From Abditibacteriaceae bacterium (GTDB lineage: Bacteria; Armatimonadota; Abditibacteriia; Abditibacteriales; Abditibacteriaceae), in the NCBI GenBank assembly GCA_031425655.1, contig JANPJS010000034.1, positions 1 through 64,000 of the forward strand: 64,000 bases of DNA, given 5' to 3'. Position 1 is the stretch's first letter. Each line of letters begins with the position of its first letter. A program made the position numbers and the translations under genes. This document shows, one piece after another, positions 55,916 to 64,000 of the stretch. The notes beneath the pieces are model-generated. The model was not told the DNA's origin. It saw only the letters and a list, made by a program, of their open reading frames with translations, and did not search any database.

Positions 55916-56062
55916 GGCGGGATGAGGGAGAAAGGATGAAGAAGGGATGAGGGCGGAAGGATGAGGGATGAAGGATGAAAGAAGATGCTTCGCGCCGTTG
56001 AACTGAGCGCCGCAGGCGCATCTTCATCCCTCATCCTTCCGCCCTCATCCCTTCTTCATCCC
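55916..56062. repeat. Tandem heptamer (GGATGAG/GGATGAA) inverted-repeat element, same family as 1586-1688
   Basis: Long purine-rich arm, complementary arm and a shared spacer core; supplies the stop of 56045..57016. Confidence 0.88.
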
Positions 56063-57016
56063 CAGCCCTAAATCGCGGCAAAACGCGATGCTGCGCTCCA
56101 GTTCGGCGCGCTGATAATCCGCCTCGTTCATGCTTGCCGGAGCGAGTTCGTGTCCGCGAAAGCTCAAGTTCAAAAAGCGCATGAAATCGCCGGCGCGCAC
56201 GTCTTCGTAAGGTGCCCAAAACGCCGGGTCGAAACATGGGAAACCGCGCGCAAAGCCGGAAATAATCTCTAATTGACAAGGCACGCCGGGACAAAGCTGT
56301 GCGAAACGCTGAAAATAAGCGTTCCAATCCACAAGGCCTTCGCCCATCGCCGTCCATTGCACCAAAACGTCGTTATCTTCGCGCCAGACCATCGAATCGC
56401 GGATGCCGCTCGAAACCGCGTAGGAGCCTAAAATTTCGAGATTGCGAAGCGGTTCTTCAAGCGCCCACGTCGCGTTGCCGGAATCTAAGGTCGCGCCGAC
56501 GAAATCGGGGCCGGCTTCGTGGATAAGCTCGACCAATTCGCGCGCCTGCATATCGCCGGCGTGGTTTTCGATGGCGATTTTGACGCCCGCGTCCAACGCT
56601 TGCGAGCGCACTGCCTTGCAAGCCGCGGCGGTGTCACGCATCCGGGCGCGAATTCCGCCTTCCGAAGTGCGGTCGTCGGCGTTGCCCAAATAACAGCGCG
56701 CGACCGGCGAACCGAGCGCCTCGGCCACGCGAATCGTGAGCGATAAATGCTCTTCGGCGTTGCCCCATTTATCGTTGAAAGTGTTGGAAGTCGGGCAAAT
56801 GCTGCCCGTCCCGGCGTGGATTACGAGGCCCAAGTCGTCGGCTTGCGCTTTGATTTCACGCAGGTAATTTTCGTCGTGGCTTTCGTAGACATTGAGGTCG
56901 GAAAACAGCACGGCGTCTAAATTGAGCGAGGCGGCGTAGTCGAGAAGTTGAGGCGCTTTCCAGTTCAGCGCGCGGATCGAAAAGTTGTCAAAACCGAGAG
57001 GAATGTTGAATTTCAT
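56045..57016 (-). CDS. Sugar phosphate isomerase/epimerase (xylose-isomerase-like TIM barrel)
   Basis: IAIENH, LDSGN and GEGLVDW...LE motifs. Confidence 0.85.
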   Translation of the reverse strand: MKFNIPLGFDNFSIRALNWKAPQLLDYAASLNLDAVLFSDLNVYESHDENYLREIKAQADDLGLVIHAGTGSICPTSNTFNDKWGNAEEHLSLTIRVAEALGSPVARCYLGNADDRTSEGGIRARMRDTAAACKAVRSQALDAGVKIAIENHAGDMQARELVELIHEAGPDFVGATLDSGNATWALEEPLRNLEILGSYAVSSGIRDSMVWREDNDVLVQWTAMGEGLVDWNAYFQRFAQLCPGVPCQLEIISGFARGFPCFDPAFWAPYEDVRAGDFMRFLNLSFRGHELAPASMNEADYQRAELERSIAFCRDLGLGMKKG

Positions 57017-59297
57017 GTTGCCTTTTGTGGAGCAGAATTGTGGCGGCGCCGAAAAAGGCGCCCAAACCTAAAAGCGAAAGGAAAAGTCCGAGACGCAAGG
57101 TTTGCGGCTCATAAATCATCGTGACGTGACGGCTGCCCGGCGGCAAGGCCACGCCGCGAAAAAGATAATTCGCCGGCTCGACTTTGACTTCGTGAGCGCG
57201 TCCGCCGCGCCAGTGGAACGCGCGCCAGCCGGGATACCAGCATTCACTCGCCACCAAAACCGCCGGTGCGTCCGCTTTGACTTCGACATCGAGCCAATTT
57301 AAATCGCGCTTCGAGCCGACAACACGGCCCGGCATTCCGCCTTCGCGCACCGTCGGGAACGCTGTGAGCGCGGCGACGACAGGTTGGTTTTTCGCGTTGA
57401 AATCGCGCGTGGCCAAGCGTTTTAGCGCTGCCATCTGGCGTTCTTCGGGCAAGCGCAAAACGTGGCCGGTGAGATAAAAACGCGGCCACGCGCCTTCATA
57501 TCTATGAAGAGCGAACTTCTCGCGTTGATGAATCTGATGCGTTACGCTCGCCACGCGCAGCAGCGGGGCACGATGCATGACCTGATAGCTGAAGCTGAAA
57601 AAAGGCTGGCCTTCGAGCGCACTGGCGAAGCGGAAAAAGCGGCGCGGCGCGGCGGGATCGTAGCCGTTGAACAAGTCAATGCCGCTGGTCAACCCGCCGT
57701 TCGTTTGCGGAGCGCCATTTTCCAGATTGGTTTCCCAGCGTTGTCCGGCGCGATGCGCGGCCAAAATCGAAGAAGGCCAGGCGATGCTCCGGCTCGGCCT
57801 GGGAATATGCGCCGAGCGCCAAAACAAACAGAGCATTTCAGCCACGGCCACAACGACAAATGCACGACGAAAAAAATCACTGCGTGGTAAGCGGTGCGCT
57901 TCTGAGCGGTGCGCTTCGAACACGATTTTGGCGCCTAACACCGCTACGACCATGCCGATGAGCGCCGCTTCGACAACCATTTTTTGTAATTTGACCGCAT
58001 CCGCAAATCCCGCCCCCAGCGGCGAAATCGCCGCAGCGAGCGCCAACAAAGCCAGAATCATGGCAACTTCACACAACACCCAGCGAAAAAATGGCGGCGC
58101 CGAGCGGCGTGTAAACAATCCATCGCACGCAAAACCAGCCAGCAACGCGCCGGGCAACAGCCACAATTCGAGCCAACGCACCGGCACGCGCAGTGATGAA
58201 AAGCCGGGCAAATGCTCAAACGCGATCTGATAGATAGGCGTGTTATGCCCCAGCGCCAGCGTGAATGCGACGGGCAGCAGCAGCCACAACGGAAGCACGG
58301 CGCGCGGCAGGCGTCCCTGAACATCGCGCGCCAGAGACGGCGCGCCCACGGCGAGAAGTCCGGCTAAAAGCCCCAGCGACGCGGCTTCTTCGTGACCGTA
58401 ACCGGGCAGGCTCCACTGCGGTATAAGGTTGCCGCCGAAAAAGTCGGGAAGCAGCAGGCGCGCCAAAGATTGCCATGTGCCCGAACCGTGCATGGCCGTG
58501 TCAAAAGTAAGGTCGGCGCGGATGCTGAAGCGACCGCTTTCAAGCAGCGGCAGCCATGTCGAGGCGGTTGAAGCGACCATCAAAACCGTGGCGGCAAGGA
58601 GCAAAGGCAAGGCTGCTCGATTCGGCAGAAGCGAAAGGCCGCGCCCTCGGCGCGACAGCGAGCGAATCATCAGCAACCCGCCGCAGAAGGACAGGCTCAG
58701 CAGCGCCACCGGCGGATGCCCGGCGCTGAGTTGCAGCGCGCCGAAAAATGCCCACAACAAGATAGGGCGCGGACGCCCATTGCGCAGAAAACACAGCAGC
58801 GCCCAGAGCAGCCACGGCGTCCATGCCCGCGCGGCGTGCCACGTCAGGTGCCCGACATAAAGGCGCGCCGAAACCGCGCCCGCAAGCGCCAGCACGCCCG
58901 CTGCCAGTAAAGCAGCGCTGCGGCTTTGACCTAAAACGCGCGCTAACTTGTAGGTGCCCAGCGCGAGGACGAAATTATGCGCCCATGCATCGCCGAGCAG
59001 CGCAAAGTGCAGCGGCAGCAGATTATAAATCAGGTTCGGCGGGTAAAGCACCGCACTTTGTCCGTTCGCCATGAACGGCATCCCGCAAAAGACGTGCGGA
59101 TTCCACAGTGGCAGGATGCCGCGCCCCAGTGATTCGCTGGTGAATGCGTGCCACGGCCCGAACGCGGAGATAGCATCGCCACCAAAGGGCAAGCCGCCGC
59201 GCGCCACCGCAAAAATCGCCGGGATATAAGCCAAAATGCACAGCAGGGCCAACCCAAACCCGACGCGGCGGTCAGTTTTTGCGGGTAGGAAACTCAT
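56988..59297 (-). CDS. YfhO-like / GT-C-type polytopic membrane protein
   Basis: [13 protein letters not shown], many TM helices, WYPGWRA and ANYLFRGV motifs. Confidence 0.82.
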   Translation of the reverse strand: MSFLPAKTDRRVGFGLALLCILAYIPAIFAVARGGLPFGGDAISAFGPWHAFTSESLGRGILPLWNPHVFCGMPFMANGQSAVLYPPNLIYNLLPLHFALLGDAWAHNFVLALGTYKLARVLGQSRSAALLAAGVLALAGAVSARLYVGHLTWHAARAWTPWLLWALLCFLRNGRPRPILLWAFFGALQLSAGHPPVALLSLSFCGGLLMIRSLSRRGRGLSLLPNRAALPLLLAATVLMVASTASTWLPLLESGRFSIRADLTFDTAMHGSGTWQSLARLLLPDFFGGNLIPQWSLPGYGHEEAASLGLLAGLLAVGAPSLARDVQGRLPRAVLPLWLLLPVAFTLALGHNTPIYQIAFEHLPGFSSLRVPVRWLELWLLPGALLAGFACDGLFTRRSAPPFFRWVLCEVAMILALLALAAAISPLGAGFADAVKLQKMVVEAALIGMVVAVLGAKIVFEAHRSEAHRLPRSDFFRRAFVVVAVAEMLCLFWRSAHIPRPSRSIAWPSSILAAHRAGQRWETNLENGAPQTNGGLTSGIDLFNGYDPAAPRRFFRFASALEGQPFFSFSYQVMHRAPLLRVASVTHQIHQREKFALHRYEGAWPRFYLTGHVLRLPEERQMAALKRLATRDFNAKNQPVVAALTAFPTVREGGMPGRVVGSKRDLNWLDVEVKADAPAVLVASECWYPGWRAFHWRGGRAHEVKVEPANYLFRGVALPPGSRHVTMIYEPQTLRLGLFLSLLGLGAFFGAATILLHKRQHEIQHSSRF

Positions 59298-59420
59298 TGT
59301 AGAGGGGTCGAAAGCGCGCTGAGTTTATCAAACGCCCCGGCGAAAATTGCACGCGCGCCAGCCTTGATTTAGAATCAAATGCGGTCGGATTGCCCGCGAA
59401 ATGGGCAGAATCAACGCTGT

Positions 59421-59455
59421 TTCTCCATTCGTCATTCTCAATTCTTCATTCTCAT
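59421..59455. repeat. Single arm of (CATTCTC/AATTCTT) heptamer repeats
   Basis: ttctccattcgtcattctcaattcttcattctca upstream of ftsE. Confidence 0.65.
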
Positions 59456-59467
59456 ACAGGTGTTTCC

Positions 59468-60433
59468 TTGATCGAATTTCACGATGTTTCGGTTTGTTAT
59501 CGCGCCGGGCGCGGTCGCGCGGTGCAGGCACTCGACAACATCAATCTCACCATCGGCGCCGGCGAATGGGTGTTTTTCGTCGGCCCGACCGGCGCCGGAA
59601 AAAGCACGCTGCTGAAACTCATTTACGGCGGCGCGCAGCCGTCCGGCGGGCACATCATCGTAGACGGGCGCGACATCACCAAATTGCCCCCACACCAGAT
59701 TCCGTGGCTGCGCCGCAAACTCGGTGTGGTGTTTCAGGATTTTCAGTTGCTCGAAGAAAAATCGGTCTGGGAAAACGTCGCTTTCGCGTTGCAAGTGACG
59801 GGCACTCCGCAACACAAATTGTCTACAGCCGTCGCCCGCGCGCTCGATACCGTGGGCCTGACGCACCGCGCTTTGGCCCGTCCTCGTGAATTGTCGGGCG
59901 GCGAGCAACAGCGCGCGGCCATTGCGCGGGCTATCGTCAACGAGCCGCTGATTCTCTTGGCCGATGAGCCGACCGGGAACCTCGACCCGCAAACCGGCTC
60001 GGAAATCGCCGAAGTTTTGAATAAAGTCAACGAGCGCGGCACGACGGTCGTGATGGCCACGCACGACCGCGCTCTGGTGGACACGCTGCGCCGTCGCGTG
60101 GTGCGCTTCGCCGCCGGACAAGTCGTCGCCGACGAAGAGCACGGCGGCTATGCGCCCGATGAAGTCATATCGGAACTATCCAGCCGAATCGGCGGCGATT
60201 TGATGGATGCTTTGATGAAAGCGCCCCAGCCACAAGTTGAAATTAGGGCCGAGGAACAATCGTTAACTGTCCCTCAATCCGTAGAAATTGAACCGAAATT
60301 CGATGCCGCAAGGCCGTGGGCATCACGAGCCACAGGCCCGAACGCGCATCCGGGCTTGAAGAACAAAGCGCCGCTCGGCTCGGCGGAAAATCCCCTGATC
60401 GTAGGAGTCGAGAACGAAGAATTAAGAAATTGA
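59468..60433 (+). CDS. ftsE: Cell division ATP-binding protein FtsE with C-terminal extension
   Basis: GPTGAGKSTLLKL, GVVFQDF, LSGGEQQR, ADEPTGNLDP and ATHD motifs; upstream of ftsX; TTG start. Confidence 0.9.
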   Translation: MIEFHDVSVCYRAGRGRAVQALDNINLTIGAGEWVFFVGPTGAGKSTLLKLIYGGAQPSGGHIIVDGRDITKLPPHQIPWLRRKLGVVFQDFQLLEEKSVWENVAFALQVTGTPQHKLSTAVARALDTVGLTHRALARPRELSGGEQQRAAIARAIVNEPLILLADEPTGNLDPQTGSEIAEVLNKVNERGTTVVMATHDRALVDTLRRRVVRFAAGQVVADEEHGGYAPDEVISELSSRIGGDLMDALMKAPQPQVEIRAEEQSLTVPQSVEIEPKFDAARPWASRATGPNAHPGLKNKAPLGSAENPLIVGVENEELRN

Positions 60434-60508
60434 TACTGGATGCTGGTTACTTGATGCCGGATGAAATTCTCTGACTTGGCTCATCCAGCATCCAGTATCA
60501 AGCATCAA
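60430..60508. repeat. Tandem heptamer (GATGCTG)n...(CAGCATC)n inverted-repeat element
   Basis: ttgatactggatgctgg / ccagcatccagtatcaa; overlaps the ftsE stop. Confidence 0.82.
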
Positions 60509-60518
60509 AATTCCCATT

Positions 60519-61418
60519 ATGCCGTTAGAATTCATTGCTTTTTGGCTGCGCGAAACGCTGCGCAACATCGCGCGCAACCGCTTGATGAGCTTGCTCGCCA
60601 CCAGCACCGTCGCCATCGGTTTGTTTATTTTGGGCGGCTTTTATTTGTCGCTGGCCAACGTGCGCGCGATGGTGAACAACCAGACGCAAAAGCTCGAAAT
60701 CCGCGTGATTTTTGAGCCGAATATTTCGGTCAAACGCCGCAAGGAAATCTACGACGCCTGCCGCATCGCCCAAGTCGCCGATTTGGAATTCGTCGCCAAA
60801 GGTCAGGCTTTGCGCGAAATGCACCGCGATATGCCCGGCATTCCGATCAACGATTTGTTAGGCGGCGAGAATCCTTTGGGCGATGAGCTACGCATTCGCG
60901 TGAAAGACCCGGCGACGATTCCCGCCGTGCGCGCCTACATCAACACGCTGAAGGGAAAAGGCGTGGCGGAAACGCTCAGCGAAGTGGATTTCGTCAACAA
61001 ATTGCTGCAAATTAACCGGATGCTGACGCTGCTCGGCTCGGTTGCACTCGTGGTGCTGGGATTGGGGATTTTGGCGATTATTTACAACACGATTCGCCTC
61101 ACGGTTTACGCTCGCCGCCGCGAAATTCGCATCATGGAATTAGTCGGAGCAACGCGCGGTTTTATTCGCGTGCCGTTCGTGCTCGAAGGCATTTTATTGG
61201 GCCTGGCGGGTTCGATTTTGGCTGCTGTGCTGCTCGCTTCGTTCTACACCGCCGCCGAAAGCATGATTCCCGACTCGCTGCGCTTGCTGTTTCCCATCGC
61301 CAAAGTGGATGTCATGCGGCGCTGCGCCACAGGGTTGGTTTTATCCGGTCTGGTATTCGGTTTCGTCGGTTCGATTTTCTCGCTCGAACGCTCGATTTCC
61401 AAAGTCGCGCAAAGCTGA
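60519..61418 (+). CDS. ftsX: Cell division permease FtsX
   Basis: ENPL and NTIRLTVYARRREIRIMELVGAT..FIR.PF..EG motifs. Confidence 0.93.
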   Translation: MPLEFIAFWLRETLRNIARNRLMSLLATSTVAIGLFILGGFYLSLANVRAMVNNQTQKLEIRVIFEPNISVKRRKEIYDACRIAQVADLEFVAKGQALREMHRDMPGIPINDLLGGENPLGDELRIRVKDPATIPAVRAYINTLKGKGVAETLSEVDFVNKLLQINRMLTLLGSVALVVLGLGILAIIYNTIRLTVYARRREIRIMELVGATRGFIRVPFVLEGILLGLAGSILAAVLLASFYTAAESMIPDSLRLLFPIAKVDVMRRCATGLVLSGLVFGFVGSIFSLERSISKVAQS

Positions 61419-61521
61419 AACGTCAAAAGACCTCGCAAAAATTTTAACAGCGCCTTAACTTTATGCCATTGGGCTAACGCCCCGCCCCATCCGATGACAA
61501 GGCTCGCACGAGAACAAAACA

Positions 61522-61560
61522 AAACCGCCGCGAAGAATTTCTTCGCGGCGGTTTCGTTTT
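61522..61560. terminator. Bidirectional terminator between ftsX and the cold-shock gene
   Basis: aaaccgccgcgaagaa / ttcttcgcggcggttt. Confidence 0.75.
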
Positions 61561-61569
61561 GGGGTAAAT

Positions 61570-61776
61570 TTAGACGCTGTGCTTGACGTTGGCGGCGCGC
61601 AAACCTTTGTCGGCTTGAGCCAGTTCAAACTCGACGACCTGGCCTTCTTTGAGCGAACGATAGCCGTCCATTTCAATGGAAGAATGGTGGACGAATACGT
61701 CTTCGCCGCCGCCTTCCTGCTCGATGAAACCGAAGCCTTTGGTGTCGTTAAACCACTTCACGGTGCCTTTTGCCAT
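61570..61776 (-). CDS. Cold-shock protein (CspA family)
   Basis: [18 protein letters not shown]...DVFVH; CAGGAG RBS. Confidence 0.97.
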   Translation of the reverse strand: MAKGTVKWFNDTKGFGFIEQEGGGEDVFVHHSSIEMDGYRSLKEGQVVEFELAQADKGLRAANVKHSV

Positions 61777-61892
61777 TGCGACAATTCTCCTGTGCTGGCG
61801 CCACGCCGGGAACTTGCTTGAGACTTTTACAGCCATCTGCATCGTCCGTCATTGGTCAGCTAAACAAAATTAGTTCTTGCGAACTTGCGGCA

Positions 61893-61921
61893 ATTATAAA
61901 TGGCGTCGATTTTGCTGTCAA
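61893..61921 (-). promoter_or_regulatory. Consensus sigma70 promoter of the cold-shock gene
   Basis: Minus strand reads TTGACA-17 bp-TATAAT, implying a ~110-nt 5' UTR typical of csp genes. Confidence 0.88.
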
Positions 61922-61956
61922 GAGTGCCCCCCGATTGGGCCGCACTTCGTAGTCTT

Positions 61957-62889
61957 TCAACAAGAGTCAAGCGCAGGGTTGTGCCACACCTGGCATCCAT
62001 CTCTGGACAGAAACATCTCATGCTGTTCCTGCCGATAGCGACAGCTTTCGTCGGCTTCTAAAATCCAGCCCTGTCCGGCCAGTTCCGCCAGTAATTTTTC
62101 CTCGATCAGACGGCTATGCGTGCCGATGACAAGGCGCCGCACTTTCCTCTTAAGCGCTTGGCGGGAGCAGCGCAGCACTTCGTATTCGTGACCTTGAATA
62201 TCAATATGCACCAAATCCACGCGCTCAAAAGGTTTCAGTAACGTGGGGATAGAATAGCTTGTGATGCGCTCAACCGGTGATGCGCCGGTCTTGCCGTGAC
62301 GCACGTAATGCGCCGCCGCTCGGACTGGCCGCAAAACACGTCGGGCTAAGCGTTCTGCGGGCGATTTGTGCAAATTAACGGCTGCCGCGCCCCAATCATG
62401 AGCGGGATCGAGAAGGGTGGGAAACTCGGCCACGCCATCTCGCTGCGCGACGATGCCCTGCAACAGCGTGTGTTGCCGCACATCGAGTCCGTTATCGGCA
62501 AAGTGTGATCTCATGTAATCGCAATGCTCCTCCGAAGCCTCCACACCTACCAGATGCACTTCAGCAACGCCGCGCAGTTGAGCGGCGCGGGCCACGGTCA
62601 CCAGCCACGGCGCCCAGCCAGCGCCCAGCTCGCAGGCCACGATTTTCGGCCCGGCAGTCAGCACGGCACGGAGCACACCGGCCCATTCCAGCGCGGTCGC
62701 ATGAAAATTCGTAGGAATTGGGTAATCTTCAATGCTGCTACCACCTCCGGCCAGCATCGAAATGTAAGCGATGCGCGTTTTAGTGCCTAGAAAGTCAATG
62801 ACGTGATCCGGGCTGGCCGCTCCCTGGTAGCGCGGAAAAGAACGGATAACTTCCTCGTCTGTGAGCGGGAACTCGGTGGAAATGGTCAT
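61957..62889 (-). CDS. FkbM-family SAM-dependent methyltransferase
   Basis: ELGAGWAPW, VGVEA and VHIDIQGHE motifs. Confidence 0.8.
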   Translation of the reverse strand: MTISTEFPLTDEEVIRSFPRYQGAASPDHVIDFLGTKTRIAYISMLAGGGSSIEDYPIPTNFHATALEWAGVLRAVLTAGPKIVACELGAGWAPWLVTVARAAQLRGVAEVHLVGVEASEEHCDYMRSHFADNGLDVRQHTLLQGIVAQRDGVAEFPTLLDPAHDWGAAAVNLHKSPAERLARRVLRPVRAAAHYVRHGKTGASPVERITSYSIPTLLKPFERVDLVHIDIQGHEYEVLRCSRQALKRKVRRLVIGTHSRLIEEKLLAELAGQGWILEADESCRYRQEQHEMFLSRDGCQVWHNPALDSC

Positions 62890-63067
62890 AAAATGGGCCA
62901 ATGTTTTTAATGTGCCGTTCGCACTTGCAAAATGTCGTGAAACAACGATTCCAACCGCGCGAGCCGACTGAGCCTATCTTTTCTTGAGACCCGGATTGCA
63001 AGGCGGCGATGTGTCTTTTGTGAGCCGGCCATTGCTTGACGCCGCGTGTCCCGCTACATTTTAAGCC

Positions 63068-64000
63068 ATGCTCACCACCAAATCGCCTCTTAAAATTGTC
63101 TTCATCGCCTCGGAATGCGCGCCGTATGCCAAAACCGGCGGCTTGGCCGACGCCGTGGCCGGTCTTGCCAAAGCCCTCGTCGGCGCCGGGCACGACGTGC
63201 GCGTGATTATTCCGCTTTACGCGGCCATTGACCGCATTCGTTACGAAATTCAGCCCGATGGCGATTCGTGCGCGCACATGGGCGAAGGCGAAGAACAGTG
63301 GGTCGGCGTTCACAAAGCGCTGCTCGACGGCGTGGTGCCCGTTTGGTTCGTGGACTGCGAACGCTATTTCGGCAGGCCCGGCTATTATGATTTCGGCGGC
63401 GGCGAATACTCGGATAACGCTTTTCGCTACGCTCTGTTTTCCAAAGCCGCGCTGCAAATCTGCAAAGATCGCGCGTGGACGCCGGACGTGGCGCACATTC
63501 ACGATTGGCCAACCGGACTTGTGCCGGTCTTTCTGAAAACGTGGGATCGCATTTTGTCGCCTCTCTCGAATACGGCCAGCGTATTGACGATTCACAATAT
63601 CGGCTATCAGGGCGTTTATCACGACTCGGTTTTTCGTTATATCGGCATCGGAGTCGAGCATTTTCGCTCCGACCGCCTTGAAGATCACGGACGCATGAAT
63701 TTGCTCAAAGCCGGCGTCAACTATGCCGACGCCATCACGACGGTTTCGCCGACGCACGCGCAGGAAATACTCACAACCGAAGGCGCGCACGGTTTGGCGC
63801 CGTATCTCAATTATCGCCGCCGCGACCTGTTTGGCATTCTCAACGGCGTGGATTACGATCACTGGGATCCGGCGACCGATAAATTGATTCCCGCGAACTT
63901 CACGCCCGCCGATTTATCGGGCAAAGCGACGTGCAAACGCGCTTTGCAAGAGCGTTTTGGCCTCGAACAGCGCGAAGATGTGCCGATTTTCGGCATCGTG
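63068..64000 (+). CDS. glgA: Glycogen synthase (partial, runs off the window)
   Basis: My translation from ATG 63068: IVFIASECAPYAKTGGLAD...HIHDW...TIHNIGYQG...TVSPT...GILNGVD; absent from the ORF track because there is no stop in the window. Confidence 0.95.
   Translation, partial: MLTTKSPLKIVFIASECAPYAKTGGLADAVAGLAKALVGAGHDVRVIIPLYAAIDRIRYEIQPDGDSCAHMGEGEEQWVGVHKALLDGVVPVWFVDCERYFGRPGYYDFGGGEYSDNAFRYALFSKAALQICKDRAWTPDVAHIHDWPTGLVPVFLKTWDRILSPLSNTASVLTIHNIGYQGVYHDSVFRYIGIGVEHFRSDRLEDHGRMNLLKAGVNYADAITTVSPTHAQEILTTEGAHGLAPYLNYRRRDLFGILNGVDYDHWDPATDKLIPANFTPADLSGKATCKRALQERFGLEQREDVPIFGIV

Noticed and set aside
1586..60508. Tandem repeats as CRISPR arrays
   Set aside because: Units are 7-9 bp in inverted arms, with no 25-45 bp repeats separated by unique spacers and no cas genes.
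62780..62795. Rarity of CTAG
   Set aside because: CTAG under-representation is common across bacteria and not informative here.
63032..63068. Leaderless promoter for glgA (TTGCTT-17-TACATT)
   Set aside because: Plausible, but both boxes are weak matches; not supportable without transcription-start data.

Overview
GC-rich bacterial chromosomal segment. The paired DUF1559 prepilin-like genes, many large secreted CAZymes and ARC-type ATPase suggest Abditibacteriota/Armatimonadota, but this is inference. The core backbone is gap-pgk-tpiA, murG, M29 and M16 peptidases, aroB, frr-uppS-(cdsA-like)-dxr-rseP-ispG-argA, ftsEX, a cold-shock gene and a partial glgA. Accessory content includes a CRTAC1/TPR/DUF1559 island, a probable rhamnose-type glycan locus (NHL-GH, GH78, sugar ABC transporter, GH-SGNH fusion), a BsuBI/PstI-type RM pair, a VapBC-like pair and Uma2. 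Five signals stand out. (1) Four accessory insertions are each bracketed by a diverged second copy of a neighbouring gene end, with mostly synonymous differences. (2) About ten hairpins built from tandem 7-9-mers, with different units but one architecture, sit just after stop codons inside operons. (3) MITE/REP elements are nested, with clean 10- and 11-bp target-site duplications. (4) A JAB/MPN+-motif gene is coupled to two small basic peptides. (5) A CdsA-like gene in the canonical cdsA position has degenerate catalytic motifs. No rRNA, tRNA, CRISPR array, integrase or intact transposase was recognised. All family calls come from motif recognition by eye, not database searches.
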